From assembly GCA_050692915.1 (NCBI GenBank), contig JBOGVU010000001.1:12490-76489 (forward strand): a stretch of DNA of 64,000 nt, written 5' to 3'. This stretch comes from Actinomycetota bacterium. Its GTDB lineage: Bacteria > Actinomycetota > UBA4738 > CALAEC01. Positions 36,701 through 46,176 of this stretch are shown here, piece after piece. The position numbers and the translations under genes were made by a program. Numbering within the stretch: position 1 is the first letter of the stretch; every line of letters begins with the position of its first letter. The notes beneath the pieces are model-generated. The model saw nothing but the letters and a program-made list of their open reading frames with translations. It was not told the DNA's origin and did no database searches.

Positions 36701-37565
36701 GGCCGACCCCCGCCTGGGGCTCCTCCTGGCGCTGGCCGACGACGAGCTGATCCTCGGCCACCGTCACTCCGAGTGGACCGGGTGGGCCCCGTACCTCGAG
36801 GAAGACCTGGCGTTCTCCTCGATCGGGCAGGACGAGATCGGCCACGCCCGCCTGCTGTACGAGCTGGCGGAGCCGCTGGCCGGGCGCGATCCCGACGCCC
36901 TGGCCCTCGGACGGGCGCCCGAGGAGTACCGGAACGCGATCCTGTGCGAGCGGCCGAACGGGGAGTGGGGTTACACCATCGCCCGGCAGTGGCTGTACGA
37001 CGAGGCCGACGACGTCCGCCTGGCGGCGCTGGAGCGGTCCTCGTTCGCCGAGCTCGCCGCGGGCGTCCGGACGATCCGGCTGGAGGAGAGGTACCACCTC
37101 GAGCACGCCCGCGAGTGGTTCGGCCGGCTGGCGGGGGGCTCCGTGGAGGCCCGACAGCGGCTGGCCGAGGGCCTCGAGGGGGCGCTGCCCGAGGCCATGG
37201 CGCTGTTCGAGGCGCTCCCCGAGGAGGAGGCGCTCCTGGCCGACGGCGCGCTGCCGGCATCGTCCGAGGACCTGCTGGGCGAATGGCTGGAGCGGGCGGG
37301 CCGCGCCCTCGAGGAGGCCTCGCTGGACTGGGTGCTCTCGGCGCACCAGCGGGCCGGCGGGGAGATGGTGCCCACGTCCTCGGGGGAGATCGAGGCCGGG
37401 CCGACGCTCACGGTCCCGGGCGTGGAGCGCCGGGACGGGCGATGGGTGCACGTCGGCGCGTTCGCCGGCGACGGGGGACGCCGGGGCCGGCACAGCGAGG
37501 ACTTCGGCCCGCTGTGGGAGGAGATGACCGGGCTGTACCGGGCCATCCCGGGGGCGACGTGGTGA
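36693..37565 (+). CDS. paaC: 1,2-phenylacetyl-CoA epoxidase subunit C
   Basis: ALADDELILGHRHSEWTGWAPYLEEDLAFSSIGQDEIGHARLLYELA, PaaC ferritin-like fold. 8-nt overlap with paaB. Confidence 0.8.
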   Translation: MPEADPRLGLLLALADDELILGHRHSEWTGWAPYLEEDLAFSSIGQDEIGHARLLYELAEPLAGRDPDALALGRAPEEYRNAILCERPNGEWGYTIARQWLYDEADDVRLAALERSSFAELAAGVRTIRLEERYHLEHAREWFGRLAGGSVEARQRLAEGLEGALPEAMALFEALPEEEALLADGALPASSEDLLGEWLERAGRALEEASLDWVLSAHQRAGGEMVPTSSGEIEAGPTLTVPGVERRDGRWVHVGAFAGDGGRRGRHSEDFGPLWEEMTGLYRAIPGATW

Positions 37566-38086
37566 GGACCGAGGCCGACGCGCTGGAGCGCCGGGTCCGG
37601 GATGCGCTCGACGGGGTGGCCGACCCCGAGATCCCGGCGTGCTCGATCACGGACCTGGGGATGGTCGAGCGCGTGTCGGTCTCCGCCGACGCCGTGGAGG
37701 TCGACCTCCTCCCGACGTTCGTGGGCTGCCCGGCCAAGGACCTGATCGGCCAGGACGTCCGCAGCGCGCTCGAGGAGGCCGCGGAGGGCCGTGATGTCCG
37801 GGTCAAGTTCGTCCACGACCCGCCCTGGACCACCGAACGGATCACCGAGCGGGGGCGGGAGCGCCTCCGCGGGTTCGGGATCGCCCCGCACTGGGACCGG
37901 CCGGCCACCGTCCCGCTGATGACGAAGGCGGGGGTGCCGTGCCCGTACTGCGGGAGCGACGACACGCTCCTGGAGTCCCGGTGGGGCCCCACGCCGTGCC
38001 GCGCCCAGCACTGGTGCCGGTCGTGCCGGAACCCCTTCGAGGGGTTCAAGGAGAAGGGTCACAGCGCTACAGCGTCGGCTTCGTGA
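37562..38086 (+). CDS. paaD: phenylacetate-CoA oxygenase subunit PaaD (SUF/FeS-assembly-like)
   Basis: GTG start overlapping the paaC stop (GTGA). DPEIPACSITDLGMV and C-terminal CPYCGS...CRSC zinc ribbon. Confidence 0.8.
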   Translation: MRTEADALERRVRDALDGVADPEIPACSITDLGMVERVSVSADAVEVDLLPTFVGCPAKDLIGQDVRSALEEAAEGRDVRVKFVHDPPWTTERITERGRERLRGFGIAPHWDRPATVPLMTKAGVPCPYCGSDDTLLESRWGPTPCRAQHWCRSCRNPFEGFKEKGHSATASAS

Positions 38087-38528
38087 CCATCAGGAACACG
38101 ATCCCCACCACGATCACGCCCAGCACGACGCCGGACACCGTGGACCGCCTGGCCAGGGCCCGGTACCGGGCCGACGCCGGACCCTCGGCCTCCAGGACCT
38201 CGATCTGCTTCCGGAGCGTCGGCGTGTACACGCCGGCGGCCACCGCCACGGTGACGACGTAGAGGCTCAGGGCCACCAGGACCCAGAACGTGGTCAGGTC
38301 CAGCCCCGGGGTCGTGAGCACCATGATCAGCCCGGTTACCAGCAGGAGGGCGTAGGCGGGATTGGCGAACCGGTCGTCGAGGACCTTGACCCCCCGCAGG
38401 GCGAAGGACTGGTGCTCCGGGGCCCTCGCAGCCCGTCGCAGCCAGATCGCGTACGAGGCGTTGAACCCGACGGCCACGATGGCCATCAGGACGTGGACGA
38501 ACTTGAGGATCTCGTACCCGGTGATCAC
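38067..38528 (-). CDS. DUF2269-like small membrane protein
   Basis: GTG start (MITGYEILKFVHVLMAIVAVGF...), four predicted TM helices. Confidence 0.5.
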   Translation of the reverse strand: MITGYEILKFVHVLMAIVAVGFNASYAIWLRRAARAPEHQSFALRGVKVLDDRFANPAYALLLVTGLIMVLTTPGLDLTTFWVLVALSLYVVTVAVAAGVYTPTLRKQIEVLEAEGPASARYRALARRSTVSGVVLGVIVVGIVFLMVTKPTL

Positions 38529-38890
38529 GTCTTCTTCTTGATCTCCATCCACCACTCGACGAACTCGGAGCAGCGGCCCTCGTCGTCGAGGGTGACCTCC
38601 CACAGGTCGCTGTAGTCGTGCTCCTCCTGGGGGTACGAGATCCAGCAGCGGACGAAGCCGATGTCCTCGCAGACGGCCCGGATCTCCCACCGGAAGGACC
38701 AGCTCCCCGGCTCGTCTCTCCGGCCCAGCCAGCCCTCCACGATGCCCTCTCGTCCGGACCAGGGATCGCGGTGGGGCGCGGTGAAGTACCGCGCGTCCTC
38801 GGTGAACAGGTCCTCGATGTCCTCGGGGCGGTTGGACTCCCAGGCCACCACGTACCGCTCTATCCAGCCGTTCAGCCGCTCGCGGTCCAC
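38525..38890 (-). CDS. SnoaL-like / NTF2-fold protein
   Basis: RLNGWIERYVVAWESNRPEDIEDLFTEDARYF fits the SnoaL_2 pattern. Start uncertain (GTG 38890 chosen to clear the divergent ArsR gene). Confidence 0.5.
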   Translation of the reverse strand: MDRERLNGWIERYVVAWESNRPEDIEDLFTEDARYFTAPHRDPWSGREGIVEGWLGRRDEPGSWSFRWEIRAVCEDIGFVRCWISYPQEEHDYSDLWEVTLDDEGRCSEFVEWWMEIKKKT

Positions 38891-38945
38891 GGCGACATGA
38901 TGCCGCCCTTGACGAAGCGTAACCAAACGGTTACGCTTTAGCCAC

Positions 38946-39257
38946 ATGGCCCTGGACGCATCGCTGGCTGCGTTGGCGGACCCCACCAGGCGACGACTGC
39001 TCCGGCTCGTGGGGGAGCGACCGCGGAAGGCCGGGGAACTGGCCGATGCTTTCCCGGTCAGCCGGCCAGCCGTGTCGAAGCACCTCCGCGTTCTGCGGGA
39101 GGCCGGGCTGGTGGAGGTGGAGTCCCGCGGACGAGCCCGTATCTACCGGCTGGTCCCCGGCGGGATCAGCGAGGTCCGACGCTGGGCGGAGGAGACGGAG
39201 CGGTTCTGGGACTCGGCCCTGGAGGCGTTCCGGCGGCACGTCGAGGAGCGGAGGTGA
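38946..39257 (+). CDS. ArsR/SmtB-family transcriptional regulator
   Basis: LADPTRRRLLRLVGERPRKAGELADAFPVSRPAVSKHLRVLREAGLV. Confidence 0.8.
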   Translation: MALDASLAALADPTRRRLLRLVGERPRKAGELADAFPVSRPAVSKHLRVLREAGLVEVESRGRARIYRLVPGGISEVRRWAEETERFWDSALEAFRRHVEERR

Positions 39258-39261
39258 GCGA

Positions 39262-39699
39262 GTGAAGGTGAGCCGGTCGGTCAGCGTGGGGGTTCCCCCC
39301 GAGCGGGCGTTCGCGGTCTTCACGGAGGAGATCGGGGCGTGGTGGCCGCTGGGAGAGGGCTTCGCTTTCGCCGGCGACCGGTGGCAGGACATGGTTATCG
39401 AGGGCCGGGAGGGCGGCCGGGTCTACGAACTGGGGCGCGACGGTGAGGTGTTCCACATCGGCTCGGTGACGGTGTTCGAGCCGCCGGAGCGGATCGTGTT
39501 CACGTGGGGGGAGGCCACCGAGGAGTGGGCCGCGCCCACCGAGGTCGAGGTGCGGTTCACGCAGGAGGAGGGGGGCACCCGGGTCGACCTGGAGCACAGG
39601 GCCTTCGAGCGGATCGGCCCGGACGCTGAGTCGACGGCGAAGCAGTACGAGGGCGGCTGGGCGGCCGTGCTGGAACGGTTCACCCGGCACGCGGGATAA
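39262..39699 (+). CDS. SRPBCC/AHSA1-domain protein
   Basis: GTG start. FTEEIGAWWP...VFEPPERIVFTW matches the Activator-of-Hsp90-ATPase-like bacterial family usually paired with ArsR. Confidence 0.7.
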   Translation: MKVSRSVSVGVPPERAFAVFTEEIGAWWPLGEGFAFAGDRWQDMVIEGREGGRVYELGRDGEVFHIGSVTVFEPPERIVFTWGEATEEWAAPTEVEVRFTQEEGGTRVDLEHRAFERIGPDAESTAKQYEGGWAAVLERFTRHAG

Positions 39700-39708
39700 G
39701 GAGGGGTC

Positions 39709-40128
39709 ATGAAGGAGATCATCCACTCTGTTGACATCGCCGCCGCGCCGGCGGAAGTGGAGCGGGTGCTGACCACGCAGGAGGGTCTGGCCGCATGGTG
39801 GACGAGGGGCGTGGCCGTGGACGGCGATCGCATCTCGTTCACCTTCGAGGAGGGCTTCAACCCGGTGATGCGCGTCCAGCAGCACGAGGCGGGCAGTCTG
39901 GTGGCCTGGGCGCCCGAGTCGGGCGCGGAGCCGTGGATGGGGAGCACGATCCGGTTCGAGCTCGGCGAGCGCGACGGGAAGACCGGGATCCTGTTCCGCC
40001 ATCGGTACGGCCAGGACCTCCCGGACGAGGTGTTCGGGGTGTTCAACTTCAACTGGGCGTACTACCTGGAGAGCCTGCGGCTGCTCTGCGAGACGGGCTC
40101 GGGGAAACCCTTCCAGCCTGAGGCCTGA
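39709..40128 (+). CDS. SRPBCC/AHSA1-domain protein (second copy)
   Basis: LTTQEGLAAWWTRG...IRFELGERDGKTGILFRH. Confidence 0.7.
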   Translation: MKEIIHSVDIAAAPAEVERVLTTQEGLAAWWTRGVAVDGDRISFTFEEGFNPVMRVQQHEAGSLVAWAPESGAEPWMGSTIRFELGERDGKTGILFRHRYGQDLPDEVFGVFNFNWAYYLESLRLLCETGSGKPFQPEA

Positions 40129-40135
40129 GGCCGAA

Positions 40136-40183
40136 CCGGCGGGCCGCCGCCAACGGGATGGTCCGGGGCGGCGGCCCGCTCGG
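40136..40183. terminator. bidirectional stem-loop between convergent genes
   Basis: CCGGCGGGCCGCCGCC-aacgggatggtccgg-GGCGGCGGCCCGCtCGG, about 15-bp GC stem, no U-tract (typical for high-GC genomes). Confidence 0.4.
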
Positions 40184-40202
40184 CTCGCGGCGGGACTGTG
40201 AG

Positions 40203-40730
40203 CTAGCTGATCTGCCCCCGGATCTCGCCACCGGGGAAGTCGCCCGGCCCGGTGTTCGCCGGAGGGACGCCGTCGGTGGTGTGCACGTTCGCGTACGTCG
40301 CGCCGGCGATCATCGCGTCGATGAGCTCCTCGATCTCCCCGGGCGCGATCCCCTGCGACTCCGGCCCGATCACGTCGGCCGCGTCGATGCTCCCGCTGAC
40401 CGTCCCGCCGGTGGCCGGGCAGACGGGCTTGTCCCCGCCGCCGCACAGGAAGGCGCTGACGCCGCCGTTCACTCCGGCCTGCCCCAGGTGGATATGTGCT
40501 GCGAACGCGTTCTGGATGTCCGAGTACGAGAGCTCGTACTCGATCGTCGGGCCCGCGGGATCGACCTTGGCCCGGAACGTGCCGCTCGCGTCGGTCGACA
40601 CCGCCGGGACCTCCTCATACCCCGTCGGGTCGGCCTTGAAGGTGCCGCCGGGGGTGGCCAAGCTCGGGGCCACCAGCAGCCCGATCACGGCGAGGGACAC
40701 GATGGCGCCGAGCAGGATGCGTGCTCGCAC
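40203..40730 (-). CDS. secreted CHRD-domain protein
   Basis: GTG start with AAGGAGGA SD, signal peptide MRARILLGAIVSLAVIGLLVAPSLA. CHRD hallmarks AHIHLGQAGVNGGV and YANVHTTDGVPPANTGPGDFPGGEIRGQI. Confidence 0.7.
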   Translation of the reverse strand: MRARILLGAIVSLAVIGLLVAPSLATPGGTFKADPTGYEEVPAVSTDASGTFRAKVDPAGPTIEYELSYSDIQNAFAAHIHLGQAGVNGGVSAFLCGGGDKPVCPATGGTVSGSIDAADVIGPESQGIAPGEIEELIDAMIAGATYANVHTTDGVPPANTGPGDFPGGEIRGQIS

Positions 40731-40801
40731 GACTGTCCTCCTTTCGTAGACGGATTCCCGTTGGGATTCGCCACGGGCGCCGTCCGGGTTCGGCGGGGCG
40801 A

Positions 40802-41596
40802 TCAGCGGCCCCGGAACCGGGGCTCGCGCTTCTCGGCGAAGGCCATGACGCCCTCGAGGTGGTCGTCGGTCTGGCCCATCCGGGCCTGGGCGTCGGCCTC
40901 CGCGGCCAGGGCCTCCTCCAGGTCGAGCCCCTGGGCCCCCCGCAGGAGGGCCTTCGTCTCGGCGATGGCGGCCGTGGGCATGGCGGCGAGCCGGGCCGCG
41001 AGCTCGGACACCTCCCCCTCGAGGGCGTCCCCGGGGACCACCCGATTGACGAGCCCGATCTCCAGGGCCGCCGCGGCGTCGAGGACCTCGCCGGTGATCG
41101 AGAGCTCCAGGGCCCGGGCGTAGCCGACGATCCGGGGGAGCAGCCACGTCCCGCCCGAGTCGGGGACCAGGCCGATCTTCACGAACGCCTGGGTGAACCG
41201 GGCGTCCTGGCCGGCGATCCGGATGTCGCAGGCGGCCGCCAGGGAGACGCCGGCGCCCGCGGCCACACCGTTCACCGCCGCGATCACCGGCTTCGGGGTC
41301 TCGACCACGACTGGGATCAGCCGGTGGTACGAGCGGGCCAGGTGTTCGCGGATGTCGGGCCGCTCCCCGGCGCGGTACGCCTCCTCGAATTCCGTCAGGT
41401 CCTGGCCGGCGCAGAAGCCGCGGCCGGCTCCGGTGACCACGAGGGCCCGGACCCCGTCGTCATCCCGGACGGACGTGAACACGTCGACGAGCTCGTCCGA
41501 CATCACCCCGGTCATTGCGTTCAGCTTGTCGGGGCGGTTCAGTGTGATGGTGAGGATGCCACCGTCGCTCCCCACGGCGATCTGCTGGTAGGCCAT
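40802..41596 (-). CDS. enoyl-CoA hydratase/isomerase (crotonase family, possibly PaaG-like)
   Basis: Oxyanion hole AGRGFCAGQDL and GVAAGAGVSLAAACD. Confidence 0.85.
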   Translation of the reverse strand: MAYQQIAVGSDGGILTITLNRPDKLNAMTGVMSDELVDVFTSVRDDDGVRALVVTGAGRGFCAGQDLTEFEEAYRAGERPDIREHLARSYHRLIPVVVETPKPVIAAVNGVAAGAGVSLAAACDIRIAGQDARFTQAFVKIGLVPDSGGTWLLPRIVGYARALELSITGEVLDAAAALEIGLVNRVVPGDALEGEVSELAARLAAMPTAAIAETKALLRGAQGLDLEEALAAEADAQARMGQTDDHLEGVMAFAEKREPRFRGR

Positions 41597-41605
41597 CGGT
41601 CCTCC

Positions 41606-41980
41606 TCAGCCGAGCTGTCCCGTTCGGATGTACCGCTGGACCACGGTCCCCCGCCCCACCCGCCCGTCCGGGCCGACCACCTCCACCTCCGACTCGCACT
41701 CCCGATCGTCCACGCGCGTGGCTCGGGCCACCACGCGGAGCCGCTCGCCGACCCGGGCCGGGCGCTCGTGCACGAGCGACACGGCGAAGCCGGTGCCGTC
41801 CTCGCCGTCGCGGAGGTGGGGCTCGATCAGGAGCCGGGAGGCCTCCTCGACGTGCTTCACCATCGACACCGTGGAGTACACGGGGTGGATCCGCCGCCCC
41901 AGGATATCGACGAGCATGTCCTCGCTCACCGTCACCTCCAGGGTGGCCTCCTCGCCGACGGCCGGCCGCTCCCGGGCCAC
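41606..41980 (-). CDS. hotdog-fold thioesterase (FlK/fluoroacetyl-CoA-thioesterase-like family)
   Basis: 124-aa tail of track ORF 41606-43279: TLEVTVSEDMLVDILGRRIHPVYSTVSMVKHVEEASRLLIEPHL. GTG start inferred. Confidence 0.65.
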   Translation of the reverse strand: MARERPAVGEEATLEVTVSEDMLVDILGRRIHPVYSTVSMVKHVEEASRLLIEPHLRDGEDGTGFAVSLVHERPARVGERLRVVARATRVDDRECESEVEVVGPDGRVGRGTVVQRYIRTGQLG

Positions 41981-42022
41981 GGCGCGGATTGTCCCACAGC
42001 CCTCGCGTACCCTTGGGCCTCG

Positions 42023-43477
42023 ATGGCCACGGTCACGGAGCGGCTGGAGCGGGCGATCGAGCGCGAGGCCCCGTCCTGGGGCGTGCGCCCCACCTCGCCC
42101 GAGGTCCGGCGCCTGTCCGGCTTCGACTTCGCGATCCTGTGGGGTGACCTCGGGATCGGGCTCCTGGTCCTGGTCACCGGGGCGCTCCTGGTCCCGGCGC
42201 TGGGCCTGCCCCAGGCGCTCCTGGCCATCGCCGTCGGCTCGCTGATCGGGTGCATCCCCCTGGCCCTGGTGGGGCGGGCCGGAGCCCGCGAGGGCGTGCC
42301 GGGGATGGTCCTCCTCCGGCCAACGCTCGGCACCCGGGGCTCGTATCTCCCCACGATCCTGAACATCGCACAGCTGGTCGGGTGGACCGCGTTCGAGCTG
42401 TGGGCCATGGCCCTGGTGGCCTCGCGGATCACCGGGCCGGTCCTCGGCATCGACGGCTTCACGTTCTGGCTCGCCGCGGCCGCGCTGGTGTGCCTCCTGC
42501 TCTCGCTCGGCGGGCCGGTCGTGGTGGTCCGTCGATGGATGGCCCGGTTCGGCGTGTGGGTGGTGGTAGCCGTGGCGGCATGGGTCACCGTCCGGGTGCT
42601 CACGGCCGCGGACCTGGGCGCGCTGTGGTCGAGGCCCGGCGCGGGCGGCTTCCCGCCGTTCTGGGGCGCCGTCGACCTCGTCATCGCCATGCCGGTGTCG
42701 TGGATCCCCCTCGTTGCGGACTACAACCGGTTCGCCCGGCGGGGGAGCTCGTCGGCGGGCGGCACGTACGCCGGCTACCTGGTGGCCAACCTGTGGTTCT
42801 ACTCGCTGGGGGCCCTCCTGATCCTGGGGGCGAACGCCCCAACGCCCTCGGTGACGGGCATCGCCGACGGGATCGTGGCCCTGGCGGGCGGGTCGGTGGT
42901 GCTGGTGGCGCTCCTGGTGGGCGAGACGGACGAGGCGTTCGCCGACATCTACTCGGCGGCGGTGTCGGCCCAGAACCTGGTCCCTCGGCTGAACCAGCGG
43001 GCAGGGGTGGCGGCGGTCACCGCGATCGGCGTGGGGGTGGCCGCCTGGCTCGTGGGGCTCCCGGACGAGGGCGTGCTGACCTACGAGTTCTTCCTCCTGC
43101 TGATCGGGTCGATCTTCGTCCCGCTGTTCGGGGTGTTCCTGGCCGACTACGAGGTGGTCCGCCGCCGCCGCGCCTACCGGGCCGACGCCCTGTTCGACCA
43201 CCGGGGGCCGTACCGGTACTCGGCCGGCTTCAACCCGGCGGCCGTGGCGGCGTGGTTCCTCGGCTTCGCCACGTACCATTGGATCGCCCCGACCTCCCTG
43301 GGGGGGTGGTCCAGGGCTGTGGAGACCTTGTTCGCCGACTGGCTGGGGCTGCCGTTCCCGCTGTTCGACGGGGCCGTCCCGGCCAGCGTGGTGGCCTTCG
43401 CGGTGGCTTTCGCGGCCTATCTGGCCATCGCCGGGGTGCGCCGGGCGCTCAGCGGGCCCGCGGCGGCGGCGAGGTGA
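42023..43477 (+). CDS. NCS1-family nucleobase/hydantoin/allantoin-type permease
   Basis: 484-aa tail of track ORF 40721-43477 from MATVTERLE. 12 TM helices. N-terminal RRLSGFDFAILWGDLGIGLLVL is typical for NCS1/CodB-like transporters. Confidence 0.8.
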   Translation: MATVTERLERAIEREAPSWGVRPTSPEVRRLSGFDFAILWGDLGIGLLVLVTGALLVPALGLPQALLAIAVGSLIGCIPLALVGRAGAREGVPGMVLLRPTLGTRGSYLPTILNIAQLVGWTAFELWAMALVASRITGPVLGIDGFTFWLAAAALVCLLLSLGGPVVVVRRWMARFGVWVVVAVAAWVTVRVLTAADLGALWSRPGAGGFPPFWGAVDLVIAMPVSWIPLVADYNRFARRGSSSAGGTYAGYLVANLWFYSLGALLILGANAPTPSVTGIADGIVALAGGSVVLVALLVGETDEAFADIYSAAVSAQNLVPRLNQRAGVAAVTAIGVGVAAWLVGLPDEGVLTYEFFLLLIGSIFVPLFGVFLADYEVVRRRRAYRADALFDHRGPYRYSAGFNPAAVAAWFLGFATYHWIAPTSLGGWSRAVETLFADWLGLPFPLFDGAVPASVVAFAVAFAAYLAIAGVRRALSGPAAAAR

Positions 43478-43775
43478 CCAGGAGGAGGACCAGCGGCTCC
43501 CCGGAGGCGTTGGTGACGACGATCTCTCCTCCCGCGGCCACCAGCACCGAGCCCCACTGCCGCATCCGCTTGCGCTGCCGGCCGACCTGGAAGACGGCCT
43601 CGCCGGCCAGGATCGTCAGCATCGCGTCCGCGTCCGGATCGCCGGCCGGCCCGTAGGACCGGTTCACGTCGACCGAGATCACCTGGGCCGACAGCCGTTC
43701 CGACTCGAACACCTCGCGGCGGACCACGCCGTCCTCCTCGAACTCCACGAAGTCCCGCAGGTCGGCCGCGTCCAC
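43449..43775 (-). CDS. cupin-domain protein
   Basis: 108 aa with cupin-like beta strands (ILAGEAVFQVG...GEIVVTNASGEPLVLLLV). Weak call. Confidence 0.45.
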   Translation of the reverse strand: MDAADLRDFVEFEEDGVVRREVFESERLSAQVISVDVNRSYGPAGDPDADAMLTILAGEAVFQVGRQRKRMRQWGSVLVAAGGEIVVTNASGEPLVLLLVTSPPPRAR

Positions 43776-43833
43776 GGGGACAGGCTAGGGGAGCGGCGTT
43801 AGACTGGCGAGCCCGATCCGACTGGAGGCCAGC

Positions 43834-45336
43834 GTGCCACGGTTCGACGTCGCCACCACCTCGCCGGCGAAGCAGCAGGCCGACCTGCTGCTCCTCCCCG
43901 CGTTCCAGGGGGCCGAGGCCGGGCCGGGGATCCGAGAGGTGGGCAAGGCTTTGGACGTCGATATCGTGGCCCTCTTGAAGGAGAACGGCTTCCGGGGGTC
44001 GCTCGGCGAGGTGTACACGCTTCCCACGATGGGCCGGGCCGCGCCTCGGAACGTGGCGGTGGTCGGGCTCGGGCCGAAGGGGGAAGCCTCCGCGGACCGG
44101 ATCCGGCGGGCGGCCGGCAAGGTGGCCGGGATCGCGGGACGGTACCGGACCGTGGCCTCGTCGCTCCCCGCGGCCGGGCGAGGCCCGTGGCAGCAGGCGG
44201 TCCAGGCGTTCGTCGAGGGGACCCTCCTGGGTGGATACCGGTTCGACCGCTACAAGGCCAAGCCCGTGGAGGACGACCTCCGCCCCCCGCGGTGGGAGCG
44301 GATCACGGTCCTGGCGCCCCCGCGGTGGGACGCGTCGGCGGCCACGGAGGCGGTCCGCCGGGGCGAGATCTTCGCCGAGGCGGTGGCGTGGGCCCGCGAC
44401 CTGGTGAACACGCCGGCGCTGGACGCCACACCGGACTTCCTGGCCAAGGAGGCCAGGAAGATGGCCCGGGCCGTGGGCCTCGAGTGCAAGGTGTGGACGA
44501 AGGCCGACCTCGAGAAGGGCGGATTCGGGGGCATCCTCGGCGTGGGCCGGGGGAGCGAGAACCCGCCTCGGCTGATCGAGCTCCGGTACTCGGGCGGCGG
44601 CCGCGGCCGCCCCGTGGCGCTCACCGGCAAGGGCATCACGTTCGACTCCGGCGGCCTGTCGATCAAGGACGCCAAGCAGATGGAGTGGATGAAGTCCGAC
44701 ATGGCCGGGGCGGCCACGATGCTCGGGGCGATGCGGGCCATCGCCCGGCTGAAGCCGAAGGTGAACGTGGTGGCGGCGATCCCCTCCGCCGAGAACCTCC
44801 CCGGCGGAGCGGCCATCCGCCCCGGCGACGTGCTGACCCACCGGGGCGGGAAGACCTCCGAGGTGCTGAACACCGACGCCGAGGGCCGGCTGGTGCTGGC
44901 CGACGCCCTGGCCTACCTGGCCGAGCAGAAGCCCAGTCTGATCGTCGACGCAGCCACGCTGACCGGCGCGACCATGATCGCGCTCGGCGACGAGCTGTGG
45001 GGGGTGATGGGCAGCGACCGGGCCCTGATCCGGGAGCTCCTGGACATCGGCCGGGAGTCCGGCGAGCCGGGTTGGGAGCTGCCGCTGTGGACGTCGTACC
45101 GGAAGCAGATCAAGTCGAACATCGCTGACGTGAAGAACATCGGCAACCGATACGGGGGCGCCATCACCGCCGCGCTGTTCCTGAAGGAGTTCGTAGGCGA
45201 CGTGCCGTGGGCGCATCTCGACATCGCCGGCACCGCGTTCGCGGAGAAGGCCGGCGACTACTGGCCCCCGGGCGGCACCGGCAACCCGGTCCGGACCGTG
45301 ATCCGGTTCGTGGAGCGCCAGGCCGGCCGGAAGTAG
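43834..45336 (+). CDS. pepA: leucyl aminopeptidase (M17)
   Basis: GTG start. M17 signature NTDAEGRLVLADAL, GKGITFDSGG, DIAGTA. Confidence 0.9.
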   Translation: MPRFDVATTSPAKQQADLLLLPAFQGAEAGPGIREVGKALDVDIVALLKENGFRGSLGEVYTLPTMGRAAPRNVAVVGLGPKGEASADRIRRAAGKVAGIAGRYRTVASSLPAAGRGPWQQAVQAFVEGTLLGGYRFDRYKAKPVEDDLRPPRWERITVLAPPRWDASAATEAVRRGEIFAEAVAWARDLVNTPALDATPDFLAKEARKMARAVGLECKVWTKADLEKGGFGGILGVGRGSENPPRLIELRYSGGGRGRPVALTGKGITFDSGGLSIKDAKQMEWMKSDMAGAATMLGAMRAIARLKPKVNVVAAIPSAENLPGGAAIRPGDVLTHRGGKTSEVLNTDAEGRLVLADALAYLAEQKPSLIVDAATLTGATMIALGDELWGVMGSDRALIRELLDIGRESGEPGWELPLWTSYRKQIKSNIADVKNIGNRYGGAITAALFLKEFVGDVPWAHLDIAGTAFAEKAGDYWPPGGTGNPVRTVIRFVERQAGRK

Positions 45337-45345
45337 CCCGCGGCG

Positions 45346-46176
45346 TCACACGGGTTTCGTCCCCACGGCGAGCAGGGCGTCGTACGTGTCGCCGATCGGA
45401 TCGTCGAACCGTTCGCGGAAGGTCGCCTCGACCCGCTCCCGGAAACGCTCCCACAGGGTGTCGCCGAGGATCTCGCGGAGGAAGCGCCCCAGCGCCGTGA
45501 TCTCCCGGCCGGTCAGGTAGTCCTGGACCGAGACGGTGGCCCGGTACTGCCGGCGTTCCACCCGGACGTTCCGGAGTCCCGCGTCGCGGAGCGCCTCCTC
45601 CAGCGGGTCGGGCTGGGAGAACCGATCCGCCCAGGGCGCGGCGCGACGCCACGCGTCGTCGAGCAGCTCCTTCGTTGTGAACGTCTCCGCCGCGGCACGC
45701 CAGGTGTCGGTGAACTCGTCCCGCCGCCAGTCCCAGGTGGCCGTCCCCAGCGTTCCGCCCCGGCGGAGCACGCGGGCCATGTCGAAGAGCAGGGTGTCGT
45801 ACCTCGGGACCGTGTGAAGGACGAAGGCCGCCCCCACGGCGCCGAACCGCCCGTCGCGGAACGGCAGGTCCACGGCGTCGGCCGCGGCCAGCAGGTCGAG
45901 CCCGCGGCCGTGGGCCAGCTCCATCATCGGGAGCGAGCGATCCACGCCCACCGTGGGGCGCCATCCGGCCGCCTCCGCCGCGGCGGCCACCACGCCGGTC
46001 CCGGTGCCCACGTCGAGGAACCCGCCGTCCGTCGGTTCCCCCATGGCCTCGACCAGGTCCAGGGCGGCCGGCTGGTGGATCGGGGCCCGAACCCGGTCGT
46101 AGGCCTCGGCCACGCTGTCGAACGACCGCCAGTCGGGGGCGGGCGCCACGCGGGTCGTTCGGGTCCTCCGGAACAT
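45346..46176 (-). CDS. class I SAM-dependent methyltransferase
   Basis: Motif I LDVGTGTGVVAA, motif post-I VGVDRS. Confidence 0.8.
   Translation of the reverse strand: MFRRTRTTRVAPAPDWRSFDSVAEAYDRVRAPIHQPAALDLVEAMGEPTDGGFLDVGTGTGVVAAAAEAAGWRPTVGVDRSLPMMELAHGRGLDLLAAADAVDLPFRDGRFGAVGAAFVLHTVPRYDTLLFDMARVLRRGGTLGTATWDWRRDEFTDTWRAAAETFTTKELLDDAWRRAAPWADRFSQPDPLEEALRDAGLRNVRVERRQYRATVSVQDYLTGREITALGRFLREILGDTLWERFRERVEATFRERFDDPIGDTYDALLAVGTKPV

Noticed and set aside
36971-38062. ORF 36971-38062(-) and 36773-38086 N-terminal part
   Set aside because: Antisense or off-frame of paaC and paaD.
39166-40446. ORF 39166-40446(-)
   Set aside because: Antisense to the two AHSA1/SRPBCC genes.
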